Of a stretch of DNA of 64,000 nucleotides, positions 40,484-54,056 are shown piece after piece (the first letter of the stretch is position 1; each line of letters opens with the position of its first letter). The notes under the pieces were generated by a model. The model saw nothing but the letters and a program-made list of their open reading frames with translations, ran no database searches and had not been told where the DNA came from. Position numbers and translations under genes: made by a program. The DNA is from Octopus sinensis (taxonomy: Eukaryota). Location of the stretch: positions 36,890,001 through 36,954,000 of the forward strand of contig NC_043008.1 of assembly GCF_006345805.1 (NCBI RefSeq), in the 5' to 3' direction.

Positions 40484-41075
40484 AGAGGATGTTCAGGCTA
40501 AATTCGTCAGTTTACGTAAAAGGAAAAAGCAACACAATTTCCTATTCCAAAATAGAAGTATTTTTAAAAATATCAAAAAATCTCAATTGGATTATGACTG
40601 GGAGTTAGTAGTTTCCTCAAAGAAGCTGCCTCCAACTTCCACCATGGCTTCAAGACAGCTTTGGCACCTGGTACATGCATTCCTCACTGTGTCACTGGGA
40701 AGATCTTTAAACACCTCCTTGATCTTAGCCACCAGGTCACCTTTGCCAGTGCAAACAGAGCAGTTGGTGTCTTCCTCAACCGTGTCACACTCAATTGGTG
40801 GAATTAGAAGGCCAGAAATTGTGGCTGGTGAAGAGATAGAAAATTCTCTGACAAGCACTTCTAACTTTTCCTGGAGGTATGGCAAGTACACAAATCCTAC
40901 TGCCATGTATATGGTTTTCCAGTTGCAACCCACTCCAGCCTGGGCTTGACCACAGACTCTAGCAGCTTCACATAGCCATCTGAACTGAGCTTACGGCCCC
41001 TGTTCAAAGATGTGGAGATGAACTCCAGCATGCAGATACAGTCAGGGCGCCTGCTGTGTCCCCTTCTGCATCCCC
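40484..41075 (-). mobile_element. DD37D/maT-like (Tc1/mariner) transposase C-terminal fragment with 3' end
   Basis: SDGYVKLLESVVKPRLEWVATGKPYTWQ* then ...KGDLVAKIKEVFKDLPSDTVRNACTRCQSCLEAMVEVGGSFFE. Typical maT-type C-terminus with stops and deletions. Confidence 0.8.
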
Positions 41076-41155
41076 TGTGTCCCCTCCTGTAGTCCTCCAT
41101 GTCACATCTTACAGCCTTTATAGTGTTCACAGAGCGTTGAGCAGCAGTCACAAGT

Positions 41156-41545
41156 GGAGGCGCAATGGCCCAGTGGTTAGGGCAGCGGATTCGCGGTCGG
41201 AGGATCGCGGTTTCGATTCCCAGACTGGGCATTTTGTGTATTTATTAAGCAAAAACACCTAAAGCTCTACGAGGCTCCGGCAGGGGGTGGTGGCAACCCC
41301 TGTTGTACTCTTTCACTTCAACTTTCTCTCACTTTCTTCCTGTTTCTTGTCCCCGACTTCCTATGCAACCGCTGTGCCTGGATGCGTATTCAGCTATCCG
41401 TTGATGCTCTTGGTGTCGGGGGTTGACCTGCTTTCTGTTTTGCGGGTCTTACAAATAGCTAAGGACCACGTTTTGGACATCTCCCATCTTGCGAGCTCTG
41501 GGACAAAGACTGTTCGCTCAACAGCGACTGCTCAACAGCAACAGC
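41156..41545 (+). mobile_element. tRNA-derived SINE head joined to a repeat also seen at 2288-2480
   Basis: GGAGGCGCAATGGCCCAGTGGTTAGGGCAGCGG...TTCGATTCCCAG. 41355-41545 matches 2288-2480 (TTCCTATGCAACCGCTG.GCCTGGATGC...GGACCACGTTT). Confidence 0.8.
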
Positions 41546-42298
41546 AGCAGTCATGATGTCAGTATTTTGATACTTGACACAAATGATCATGACACAAGTA
41601 ACTCTTTCAAATATTCAGATGGCTCCAATCCTCCGTATCACCAAACTTTTTCTCAACTACAGCTTTAATCTTTATGCTTTCCAGTGCCAATCACCATTCA
41701 CCAATACACCAAGCTGTTCCTATAAAAAGGAGTCATAAAAATCGTCAGATTTATCCTGAATTCCCTGTATACAAAATGAATTTCTTTCAATCTCTGCCTA
41801 CCAGATCTATTCACAAAGTTTTCATTGGCTCAGGGTTATAGTTGAAGATGTCTGGAGGAGTGTTGAGTGGTGAACCTGAAATCACATGGGTGTGAACTTT
41901 TTAGTCACTCAGCCATGCCTGTTTTTGTTATATTTAACCATGGGTTTGTACAGTTCAAAAAATTCTTCTCTAAAGTATAGGCCTGCACTTGCTCACTCAC
42001 ACAAGTCTCTGTTTTTACTATTAATGATGTTGAAGAGAAAGGTACGCTTATGCTCCTTGGCACCCATATCATCACAGGCATTGCTGGCCAAATGCAAATA
42101 GAACAGTTAGCACAAAGCACTCTGTGTGAAACTAACTTTTCTGATAATCCACTGCTCAGGGAAAATGGAAATTAAATGAAGACATGGTTTCCTAGCATTT
42201 TAATGATGAAGAATCAATTATTTGATGAGTGAATTATTTGTTTAGGGTTTGCAAAGCAAACTTCTTCATCATTCAGGCCATGTTGATACTGTGTCTAT

Positions 42299-42447
<149 letters not shown>

Positions 42448-42464
42448 CTATAAATATATATAGT

Positions 42465-42800
42465 GAAGGTGCATGGCTCAGTGGTTAGAGCGTCGAGCTT
42501 ATGATCTTGAGGTTTCGAGTTCAATTCCTGGACTGGGTTTCATGTTGTGTTCTTGAGCAAGACATTTTATTTCATGTTGCTCTAGTTCACTCAGCTGTAG
42601 AAATGAGTTGCGATGTCACTGGTGCCAAGCTGTATCGGCCTTTGCCTTTCCCTTGGATGATGTCCATGGCGTGGAGAGGAGAAACTGGTATGCATGAGTG
42701 ACTGCTGGTCTTCCATAAACAACCTTGCCTGAATTTGTGCCTCAGAGGGTAACATTCTCGGTGTAATCCGATGGTCATTCATGACCAAAGGGGGTCACTC
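42465..42800 (+). mobile_element. tRNA-derived SINE of a further family
   Basis: GGTGCATGGCTCAGTGGTTAGAGCG...GAGTTCAATTCC head, then GTGTTCTTGAGCAAGACA...TCACTCAGCTG, a conserved SINE-core-like motif. Confidence 0.75.
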
Positions 42801-44839
42801 TTATATATTAACTATCCTCTTAAAATTGCTAGTCAAAAATTTGAAATCATTATAGATGAGAAGGATACTGGATTAGGATTAGTAGAGTGTTAAACAAAAT
42901 ATCTTGTGGTATTTAGTGTATTTAGGGTATGGGTGCACTTGGCTTGATTGGTCCTCTTAAGCACAGCACATTACATTCTGTATTTACATTCCATCAAGGT
43001 TCATAAAATAATCACCAGACAATTTAAGACTAGGGTCAACTTAATTGACTGTTTCTTCCTTAAATAAAATCTGAATAAAATAATAGATAAATGAATAAAA
43101 TTTCCAATTCTATTTTAATGATTCTGATTTAGAAGATAGTTGGATGCTATTAATATCTGGAAGATAATAACAAACTTTTGCCAGGGAGAAATATCCGATA
43201 TTGAAGTTACTTTACAGATATCTTAAATTCCATTTTGCTCTAATTTAATTAAGGACATGAAATAGATTATGCTTTCACAAGCCATGTGAATGGAGACTAA
43301 TTATAGTATTCCTAATTAGGATCTTACTCTTATTAGGATAAATAAATTATGGCAGTATGAATGTAAGATTATTTCTTGTTGGTTGAGGGCATGCAAGGAT
43401 CTGTTCTGATGTTGGGCAAGGATCTGTTCTTCTGGTTGGTTTCATATCACATGGAGGTTTGTTCTGGGCAGGTTGTTGGTCCTCTGCAAAAGAGTCAGAT
43501 GAAGAAGCTGCCATCTTGGTGACAAGCCAAATGTACTACCAGTCACCATTAATCTGAAACCTCTCTGGGAGACTGGCCTACCTAGAGTGGGTCTACCAGG
43601 AGCAAAGCTCTAGCTGGTAACATTTCTTGGACCTATAAAACATGCAAGCCCCCTTCTCATGACAAAGCCAGACCCAGGAGTTGTCATCATGGAGGAGCAT
43701 CAATATAGCTTTTTTTTTTCTTTTTCGTTTGGTTTGATGGAAGGAGTGGGGCACATGGCTTTGCAGGGCCTCTCAGTAAAACCAGTGATGTTAACACTGT
43801 TAATTTTATGCTTGAGCTGTTGTATGCTGACAGCTGCAATACAAAGATGTACATGAAGGGAATTCTAGAGGGCAATGTTCTGGGTATGGTATTAGACAGT
43901 TCAGGTCTTGAGTGGGGATGCTGGGATGAACACTACAAGGATAAGAAGTGAAGAGATCCGTGAGCTACAAGTGCCTTGCAGAAGGATCCATGATACCAGT
44001 CAGCTGTGAGGAGTAGAAGCTGCAGTAGTAGCAGTGGAAAAACAGAGAGAGAGAGAAGATACAGCATGGCTTTGGATCAGAGGTTGGCTTATGTTGGTAA
44101 CTTTATGCCAATCACGCAACTTATCTTTCTTTGAACTCAGATTAGGATGCCAGTGTGTCTAACATCAACATTGTCCAAGGTGTGGGAGTTTTGTTCATTG
44201 TATGTCTCACCTGAGATTTGTAAATGGTTATTAGTCTTTGGCAGTGGAAGTATTTTCTTGCTATGAAAAATCAGAAACGCCAATCTTTAAGATGCCATTA
44301 TTTTATGTCAAGCATATTCTTGGAGTCTTGTGGCTCTTGATTGAATCCTAAAAATTTACATTTTAAAATGCACTGAATGTAAGTTACCATTCCAGTACTA
44401 TGTTACTCTTTCACGCTGATCAAATATTATTTGCTTTTCTCTTCCAAAATGAAGTTAATGAAAACAGAAAAGTGAACCAAAAAAAAACTATAAAATAAAA
44501 TAATAAAGAAAAAAGCATAACAAAAGAGAATAAAACTATAACCACATTTGACATTAAATTCTAAAATCTTCTGATTTAGCAATAAAATCGTTGTGTTTTT
44601 TAAACAAGTGAAATTGTATTCTATCAGATTATCAATGGTAGTAATTAGTAAAATCCCATCGCAATCTATGTATTAATGGCGAAAGATTGAATCAAATATG
44701 TTGTTGTAATTTGACAACTTGTACACACTTGTAAAAAAAAAACAAAAAAAAAGCAAAAATAGTTCCACTCTTATTTTATTTGTTGCTTTGTGGTGGGGGT
44801 CTCATTTTTGTATCTTAATAGGTTCTTTTCTTTCACACA

Positions 44840-45031
44840 TACACACACACAAACACATACACACACAAACACACATGCACACCCACATATATACATAATA
44901 CCTACATGTGTATATATATATATATATATATACCTACATATATGTATATATGCACATACATATATACACACACACACATACATATGTACATACCTGCATA
45001 TATGTGTATATGTGTGTGTATATATATATTT

Positions 45032-45066
<35 letters not shown>

Positions 45067-45163
45067 TTCATATATATATATATATATACATACATACACA
45101 CACACACACACTATATATATATATATATACATACATACACACACAAACACACACAACACACAC

Positions 45164-45197
<34 letters not shown>

Positions 45198-45279
45198 TTC
45201 ATATATATATATATATATACATACATACACACACACACACACATATTATATATATATATATACATACATACACACACAA

Positions 45280-45330
<51 letters not shown>
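44840..45330. repeat. (TA)n/(CA)n compound microsatellite
   Basis: Direct inspection. Confidence 0.95.
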
Positions 45331-45331
<1 letters not shown>

Positions 45332-45889
45332 CTTTAAGAATTTGATACTATCGGAAAGAATAATTTATTTAATGTAAATGAAGCTTAGACAAATTATTTA
45401 TTGTTTCTTTTTTCCTTTAAGAAGAGAACAAACATAAAATTCTACATTTTTGTTTTGGCCTTTTTTTTAAAAACTTTTGTTAATAGTATTTTGTTTTTGT
45501 TTGTTGCTTTTTTTTATATATATATATTTTTGTTATTAATATTTGCATATTTTACGTTGTTTTATACAAATATTTTTCGGGTTAAAACCAGAGTGCTCTT
45601 GCTGTATTCCTTTTAATTATCCTATCGGTTCCATTCTCAGATTTTATTGTTACATTTATGATGATTTCTCGTTAAAGAACACACACAATTTTCGATGGCA
45701 AATGTAGTTTAGCGAAAATGAGAAATGCAAACACGAAACATTCCTTTTAATATGATAACATTAAAGTTTGTCTTTTAATCTAAAATTTTAGCTTTTTTTT
45801 TTTCTTTTTTCGCCTATGAAATTTATTGTCATCGACTTGAACTCTTTTTCTTTAAATATCTTATGATCTCACTAGAATAGCAAATATCT

Positions 45890-46025
45890 CAGAAGCAATA
45901 ATAATAATGATGATGATAATAATAATAATAATAACATTAATATTAATATTAATAATAATAACTACAACACTAACAACAATAATAATGGCTTCTTCCATAA
46001 CAATGATAATAATAATAACAACAGC

Positions 46026-46057
<32 letters not shown>

Positions 46058-46330
46058 TAATAATAATATTAATAATAATAATAATAATATTAATAATAAT
46101 GATAACAACAATAATAATGATGATACTATTACTATTACTACTAATACTACTACTACTAATAATAATAATAATGATAATAATAATAATAATAATGATAATA
46201 ATGATAATAATACAAAAATCTGACATAATGAGCATGGAACGCTGATGTAATGACGAAAATAATAATGATAATTATGATGATGATGGTAATAATAAAAATA
46301 ATGATAATAATAATAATAATAATAATAATA

Positions 46331-46369
<39 letters not shown>

Positions 46370-46380
46370 TATGGTATTGA
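45890..46380. repeat. (AAT)n degenerate microsatellite
   Basis: Direct inspection. Confidence 0.95.
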
Positions 46381-46999
46381 TGATAATAATGTTGCTAACA
46401 ATGATGATGAGGATGATGGTGATGATATCTGTTGAAAGTAAATTAGCTCTTCTGAGAGAATTTTATGTATTAAAATTTATTCTTCCTCCAAGATGCTGTT
46501 TCGTAGAAGTACGAGTTCATCATGAATTTATCAAAAAATGTAGCTGTCGTGGGAGTGGAGTGGAATAGGGAGGAAATATGGTGATGCAACAAATTGCAAA
46601 GCATGACAGAAAGAGACAATATCAATGGATTTCACTGGATTCTTAACAACACTTAGCTTCCAAGTCTTACAACACTTTCCATAATTTAATCCATTTCAAA
46701 AAAGGTTTCTTGAAGGAATCATTTTTATTGATATTTTCTTTTATAAAACTAAAAAATTCTCTCTTTTTACAACCAATGTTTCAATATTTTCAGGCAAAAT
46801 CTTTAGGGTGTCAGACAAAATGCCTTGCGGTATTTCTTCTAACTCTTTACATTCTGAGTTCAAATCCCACCAAAGTTAACGTTGTCTTTCATTCCTCCAG
46901 GGTTAATAAAACAGAATATGAGTCAAATACTGGGGCTCCTTTAATCAACTAATTTTCCCTTACATCAAATTTGAGGCCTTATTCCTATTTTAAAGAGAT

Positions 47000-48170
47000 T
47001 ATTATTGTTGTTGTTGTTATTATTATTCTCATCTTATTTTCCTTTCTACTCCTGAGTTATTTATGTCACTTCTCAGGTTCTCAGCTGTGTACTTATAAAG
47101 TTTGGTATTTGTCGCTTTTGATGTCAGAATATTGTTGTCTTTGAGATGGTTCCAAGTGCATTGATCACAACAGGTAAAACTCTCTTTTGAGGCTCTATGG
47201 TTGTCTTTCATTTCCAATACAAGGTCTTAGTACCTCTCAACTTTCTCCCCTGTCTTCACAATATTTTAGTCTGCAGGAATAGCTATATTGATGAAGGTCC
47301 ATTCTTTAGACCCTCTTCAATAGGAGAGTGATTTCTGATCAGTTATGTTGTCGCTTCTTATCTATGTAGATTGACATATTTCATGTGAGTTTCACCTGAT
47401 CATTCTCTACTATTGGCAAAGGTTGGTGCTCATATCACTTATTGGAACATTTTAGCCCATACTTCTTGCACAACTCCAAGTGTATCTTGCACTGCCACTT
47501 TGTAACAGCATTTTTTGTACTCCTTTGGAGCCAGTTCTGGGCATCCAATTATTATGTGTTTAATTGTCTTCGATGATTTTTCACATAATCTACACAAAGG
47601 TGATATTGCTGTCTTATTAATGTTACACTTCATTCAGTTGGTGCATAACACTTGTTCTTGAGCAGCAAAGATGAGTCCTGTCACCTTCTTTAAAAATCCA
47701 TATCTTAACCATCTCCAAAATTTTTCCAACAGTTTCATCTGTTGTAAGCTGGAAAAAAAACTTTCTGGTAATCAATCTAAGTCATTTTGAGGTTTGTCTT
47801 TATCTTTTTACAGTGCTCTATAATGACAATGACGTTGACATGACTGACTTCCCAACCATCAAAATTTCAGGCCTTGTGCTGATAGTAGAAAGGATTACCA
47901 TTATTATTATTATTAAAACAACTACATGCTGAAATAGTTAGCAGGAATTTTGCCTTGAGGTTTGGTCATGAGTCTTAAATCTCAAGAATTCCTCAAAGAA
48001 TTCTTCAAAATACAGGATTGCACTTTTCTTAAGGCTGACTACACCAGTCACAATTCCTGCATCTTTCAGCCTCTTAAGAAGCCATTTAGATGTTGTGCCA
48101 AACACACCAGGTACTATGGGAATAATTGTCATCTTAGTCTTCCACATCCTCTTCATCTTTCTGGTTACAT
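47000..48170 (-). mobile_element. Second R4/Dong-like element, fragmented
   Basis: CNINKTAISPLCRLCEKSSKTIKHIIIGCPELAPKEYKK (CxxC...HxxxGC knuckle) and MKRMWKTKMTIIPIVPGVFGT...LKKSAIL (RLE tail). Interrupted by a SINE fragment at ~47830-47920. Confidence 0.8.
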
Positions 48171-48502
48171 CCTTAGCATTACCATCATTACTGCCACTGC
48201 CATAATTGTTCTGGTTAGTATTATTGTTATTATTGCAGAATCAGTACAGCAACAAAGTTCCCATGCATTATTTAGTTATGTCTCTTTAAATTTTCAGTTA
48301 AAATCCTACCTGTTTTGAACCTGCCTCTCCCTTTTGAGCATATTGGTCAAATTAATTACCAATCAAGTGGCTTCCTAAGAGGCTGAAAGATACAGGAATT
48401 GAGGCAGGTGTAGTCAGCCTTAAGAAAAGTGCAATCCAGTATTTTGCAAGAATTCGTAGAGGATTTCTTGATATTCAAGACTCATGCCCAAGCCTCATAT
48501 AT

Positions 48503-48997
48503 GTAAGAGCAAAATAGCTAGTCCTAAAATCTCTAAACGAGATATAAGTGGTGACAATACTAGGCAGTAATGTTTTTTTGCCACTATAACAAGGCTGTTG
48601 CATAAAGAACTATTGTTACTACATTTTAACCCCCCCCCCCCGAAAAATCTCTTTTCCTGTTGGTTAAACGGCACCCAATCGGTGTTGATATATTGTGAGT
48701 GAATTGCTCCCCTCCAGCTTTGCAAAGCCAGTAGACCATGGCTTCTAGGTCTTTACTCTTCATCGGTACTGGACACCTGGCTGCTAGAGATGACAGTCAC
48801 TCACTTACTCACAATATACCGGACACAAATTGTGTGTTGTTAACCAGCGGGAAAAGACCCTTTCTTGGGGTTAAAATGTAGGAACATAGTTCTTTATAGA
48901 ACAGTCATGTTATAGTGACAAAGAAATGTTACCGCCTAGTATTGTTACTACTTATATCTCATTTAGAGATTTTAGAATTAGCTATTTTGCTCCTTAC
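48503..48997. mobile_element. Fold-back / MITE-like element with ~195-bp inverted arms
   Basis: Left arm 48503-48700 is the reverse complement of right arm 48807-48997. The spacer is ~105 bp. Confidence 0.8.
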
Positions 48998-49026
48998 GAG
49001 ATCTACTGTCTACTGCATCTCTGTTT

Positions 49027-49282
49027 ATATATTGTGAGTAGGGGGTGAGTGATTGCCATCTCTAACAGGCAACTGCCCAGTATCGATGATGGGTAAAGAC
49101 CCAAAGACCATGGTCTACTGATCTTGCCAAGCTGGAGGGAAGTAATTCGCTCTCTTACTCACAATATATTGGATATAGATTGTGTGTTGTTAACCATCTA
49201 GAAAAGAGATTTCCTGGGTTTAAAATGTAGTAACATAGTTCTTTATAGAACACCCATGCTATAGAGTCAAAAAAACGTTACC
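49027..49282. mobile_element. Truncated second copy of the fold-back element in opposite orientation
   Basis: Its spacer is the reverse complement of 48701-48805. It is bounded by ATATATTGTGAGT/ACTCACAATATAT and has a partial arm to 49282. Confidence 0.75.
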
Positions 49283-49951
49283 TATATGTGTGTGTGTGTG
49301 TGTGTGTGTATGTATTTATGTGTGTATTTGTGTCTGTGTTCATCTCCCCCACCATCACTTGACAACTGATGTCGGTGTACTTACATCCCAATAACTTAGT
49401 GGTTCAGCAAAAGCGACTGCTAGAATAAGTACTAAGTACAAGGCAGTGAGCTGGCAGAAGTGTTAGCACGCCAAGTGAAATGCTTAGCAGTATTTCGTCT
49501 GCCATTACATTCTGAGTTCAAATTCCACTGAGGTCGACTTTGCCTTTCATCCTTTCAGGGTCAATAAATTAAGTACCAGTTACACACTGGAGTCGATGTA
49601 ATTAACTTAATCCCTTTGTCTGTCCCCTCTATGTTTAGCTCCCTTGTGGGCAATAAAGAAATAAGTACTAGGCTTACAAAGAATAAATCCTGGGGTTGAT
49701 TTATTTGACTAAAACCCTTTAAGGTGGTGCTCCAGCATGGCCACAGTCTAATAACTTGACTGAAACAAGTAACAGAGTAGAAGAATAGTAAAACCGTATT
49801 ATGAAGATCTACAAATTTATGTACATACACAATATCAAATTTAAGAAGTTATAAGCATGAAATTTTTACATGTCTTGCTAGATGTTATTACTTGCACAAT
49901 CCAATACAACAAGCTGGCAGAATCATTCACATGTCAGACAAAATGCATACT

Positions 49952-50107
49952 GTGTGGTAAGTAGCTTGCTTACCAACCACATGGTTCTGGGTTCAGTCCC
50001 ACTGTGTGGCACCTTGGGCAGGTGTCTTCTACTATAGCCTCGGGCCGACCAAATCCTTGTGAGTGGATTTGGTAGACGGAAACTGAACGAAGCCCGTCGT
50101 ATATATG

Positions 50108-50150
<43 letters not shown>

Positions 50151-50365
50151 ATGTTTGTGTGTCTGTGTTTGTCCCCCCAACATTGCTTGACAACCAGTGC
50201 TGGTGTGTTTACGTCCCCCGTAACTTAGCCGTTCGGCAAAAGAGACCGATAGATTAAGTACTAGGCTTACAAGAAATAAGTCCTGGGCATCAATTTGCTT
50301 GACTAAAGGCGGTGCTCCAGCATGGCCACAGTCAAATAAATGAAACAAGTAAAAGAGTAAAGAGA
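49952..50365 (+). mobile_element. Abundant SINE family, full copy
   Basis: Same family as 34423-34838, plus orientation. Confidence 0.9.
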
Positions 50366-50959
50366 ACAGCACTTTATCAATCTTTATGTCCTGAGTGCAA
50401 ATTTTGCGAAGGTCAGCTTTGCCTTTCATCCTTTCGGGGTCAGTAAATAAGTACCTGTTGAATACCCGGGACCCATGTAATCAACTGACCCTCCAAATTT
50501 CAAGCCTTGTGCTTTTAATGGAAAAGATTATTACTTGCACAGTCAGCTTTGTTTATCCAAGATTCACTCTAGTCTCCTCCCTCTGGAATCAAAGAAATAA
50601 AGTACCAGTTAAGTACAGGGTTTGATGTAACAGACTGACCTCTCTCCTAAATTTATTGCCTTTTACCAACACAAGGAATTACTATTCGCATTAGGGTCAA
50701 CTTTATCTTTCATCCTTTCATCCTTTGCTACAATAAACTACTAGTTACTCACTGATGTTAGTGTAATTGCCTAAGCTGCCCTCTCCTAATAATGACTGAC
50801 CCTGGTCTAAATCAGAAACCATTATTATTAATAAAACCACATATTTATAGACTGGGCCTTCATATCCACTGGTACTCAAATTCCTGGTTAGTAAAGCCTG
50901 ATTCAAAAGAAAAAAATCCTTTCCCCCAAAGTCAGTATTTTTCTGGTAGAATATCTTCT

Positions 50960-51350
50960 TCTTCGTGAGACAGCATTCACCCGGGGTGAGTTGAGCTGGC
51001 TTCATTCATCCTCAATGCTGCATCTCTCACAAACCAGGCCTGGTGATTTGAGGCTAGCAACCGCGTGATCTCCAACCACTCCTTATTCCAGCGGCGAACG
51101 CCGTAGACATGGGGGCCTAGGTTGGGTTCCAGATCAGCCTTGACTGTCACCAGCCAGGTTTTTTGTTGTCCACCACATCGCTTTCGCCAACCGTGAAGGG
51201 GAGCTGGGGCAATTGCTTCGTAGATGAATTCTCCTGGTTGACGACGGAGGGCATGACCCAGCCAACCCAATATACTTGCACTATGCTTGAGGATCTCAGT
51301 AGGAATGTTATCTTCGCCGGTAGCTTTGTTGTTTTTGAATATGAAGAAGA
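50960..51350 (-). mobile_element. RTE-like LINE derivative with an in-frame internal deletion
   Basis: FKNNKATGEDNIPTEILK (pre-RT KAxGxDxIPxE motif) is fused in frame to GWLGHALRRQP...WRKRCGGQQKTWLVTVKADLE (RTE C-terminus). Confidence 0.75.
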
Positions 51351-51576
51351 TTATGTTGCAAGTGAGAGGTGAGAGCCATTTTGGTTAACATAAATAATCT
51401 AAATGGAGAGGAAAAATTATTGAAACACGTTAACATTTTATTAGTATACGGATGGAAGATTCATGAAAAAGAATAAGAAGTTCATTCCTATTGATACAGA
51501 CCAGCACTAATCTCCTCAAATTTCTATTGGTTATGTTAAAGTAGCCATAAATATTATATGTTGTTACTGCACCACT

Positions 51577-51608
<32 letters not shown>

Positions 51609-52937
51609 ATAATGATGGTGATGATGATGATGATGGTGGTGATTTCTCACATCAATGCAAAGCTACAAATTATTGTTGCCGTTTAGCACCAGGTCAGCGC
51701 TGATCGAGCCGACTCGTGATCAAAGGCATTCCAGCAGAGTTCTGATCAAAGAAATTTAGTCTTTTTGTGCAATGTGTCTTTATTTAAGACAGTGAAATAT
51801 TATTTCAGGAAGATTTGCTGCTATTTCTAGCATGTAGATTGATAGGGGTACAATATAGTCAATTAGTGGGTACTCTGTGGTTGAATGGCTAGGAAGTTCA
51901 TTTAGCAACCATGAGTCTTAGGTTCAATTCCACTGTATGGCATCTTGGGCAAGTCTCTTGTATTATAAGTCTTCAGTTGACCCATACCTTCTGAGTGAAA
52001 CTGGGGAAATGGAAACTATATAGAAGACCATCAGATGGATCATACTTAGAATTCAAAGGTTTGACTGTATCACACTGAGTCACCTTGGTTCCACCAGTGC
52101 CAGTGTCATGCGAAAGGCACTGCTGCTGGTGCTACATAAAAAGCACCCAGTACATTCTGTAAAATGGTTGGTGTTTGGAAGGGCATCAAGCTGTATATAA
52201 AAAACATGCCAAACAAAGGAACCTGGTAGAGCTCCTGGCCTTGCCAGCTCCTATCAAACTGTTCAACCCATGCCGGCATGGAAAACAGATATTGAATGAT
52301 GACGATGATGATGATACATCTCTATGGAATACTCAGCCACTTATATGCTGATTCAATGAACCTGGTGACCCATTTCATTGAACAGTTTTAACACATACTT
52401 AAAATCTCTGACCAAGGCCCATTTTCATGGTCAATTAAATGAACCTTTGTCTATACCTGCTACTCATTTCTGTCAACCCCAGTCAGATAGAAGGAAGTTT
52501 AGACTGAGATTGCGGAGGCCTAAATATTGATGGTTTACTGCTTTAGCTTGGCTTAATCATCACCGCCTTCACAACACCAGTGTCATCATCATCATTGATG
52601 ATTACCATATTTTCTATAACACATGTTGACTTTTTCAAATCCTAATCCACAGCCAAAACACGAAGGTTGGTCAACATATACATCAAAATGACTTCGAAGG
52701 ATGAAAAATTCCATGTGAGATGCAGCAAGATTTGGGAAGAAAGTGACAAAGTTTGAATGCTTCCATTGGATGTTGATACTATTTATTACATTGATTCGCA
52801 TGCTGGAAAATACAGTATCATCATCACCATCAGCAATAATGATTCTTTTGCTGTGTTGTAGAGTAAAGGTAGTTAGTGGACAGTACTATGACAAAATTGC
52901 TCAATTCATGGAGGTTTTTTTTTATATCTTGTACAAT

Positions 52938-53106
52938 GGGTGTAGGAGTGGCTGTGTGGTAAGTAGCTTGCTTACAAACCACATAGTTCCGGGTTCAGTC
53001 TCTCTGAGTGGCACCTTGAGCAAGTGTCTTGTACTATAGCCTCAGGCTGACCAAAGCCTTGTGAGTGGATTTGGTAGATAGAAACTGAAAGAAGCCTATC
53101 ATGTCG

Positions 53107-53140
<34 letters not shown>

Positions 53141-53272
53141 TTGCTTGTCTGTATTTGTCCCCCGAAGATTGCTTGACAACTGATGCTGGTGTGTTTACGT
53201 CCCTGTAACTTAGCGGTTCAGCAAAAGTGACCAATAGAATAAGTACTAGGCTTACAAAGAATAAGTCCTGGG
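52938..53272 (+). mobile_element. Abundant SINE family, 3'-truncated copy
   Basis: Same family, plus orientation. Confidence 0.88.
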
Positions 53273-53657
53273 TGGTGGTGGTGGTAATAGTGAAAAGAAA
53301 GTTACCTTCTTGAGTGATGCCACACTCATAAGGGCTGGTTGCCTCGGTTTCATGGCATATGGTCACCAGTCCATCGTAGGATGACTCAGTTTTGCCAGCT
53401 CAGTGGACTGGAGCAACAGGAAATGAAGTGTTTTGCTCAAGAACGCAAGGCTCCACCTGGTACCAGAATCCAGAACATCTAAGTTATGTACCTTTATGTG
53501 TGTTGGTATGGCTGTGTGGATAAGAAGGTGCGCAATCCCAATGCATGGTATTTAGGACAAGTGTCTTTGACGACAGTGTTAGGTTGACTAATGTTTTCTG
53601 ACTGATATTTAGTAGATGAAAGTTATGCAGATGTCTGCCAAATTTTTTTTTTTTTTT

Positions 53658-53858
53658 CACTCGTTTCAGTCATTTGACTGTGGCCATGCTGGAGCACCGC
53701 CTTTAGTCGAGCAAATCGACCCCGGGACTTATTCTTTGTAAGCCCAGTACTTATTCTATCAGTCTCTTTTGCCGAACTGCTAAGTGACGGGGACGTTAAC
53801 ACACCAGCATCGGTTGTCAAGCAATGCTAAGGGGACAAACACAGACACACAAACACAT

Positions 53859-53893
<35 letters not shown>

Positions 53894-54056
53894 CGACAGG
53901 CTTCTTTCAGTTTCCGTCTACCAAAACACTCACAAGACATTGGTCTGCCCAGGGCTATAGCAGAAGACACTTGCCCAAGATGCCACGCAGTAGGACTGAA
54001 CCTGGAACCATGTGGTTGGTTAGTAAGCTACTTACCACACAGCCACTCCTGTGCCT
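53658..54056 (-). mobile_element. Abundant SINE family, full copy
   Basis: Same family, minus orientation. Confidence 0.9.

Noticed and set aside
48690-49170. Shufflon-like invertible switch (spacer seen in both orientations between inverted repeats)
   Set aside because: The element's arms are themselves inverted repeats, so a second copy inserted in the opposite orientation explains the pattern without a recombinase.
51808-51830. Short similarity to the array unit (GAAGATTTGCTGCTATTTCTAG vs GAAGCTTTGGCTGTTATTTCTAG)
   Set aside because: Only ~22 nt with several differences, too short to claim homology.
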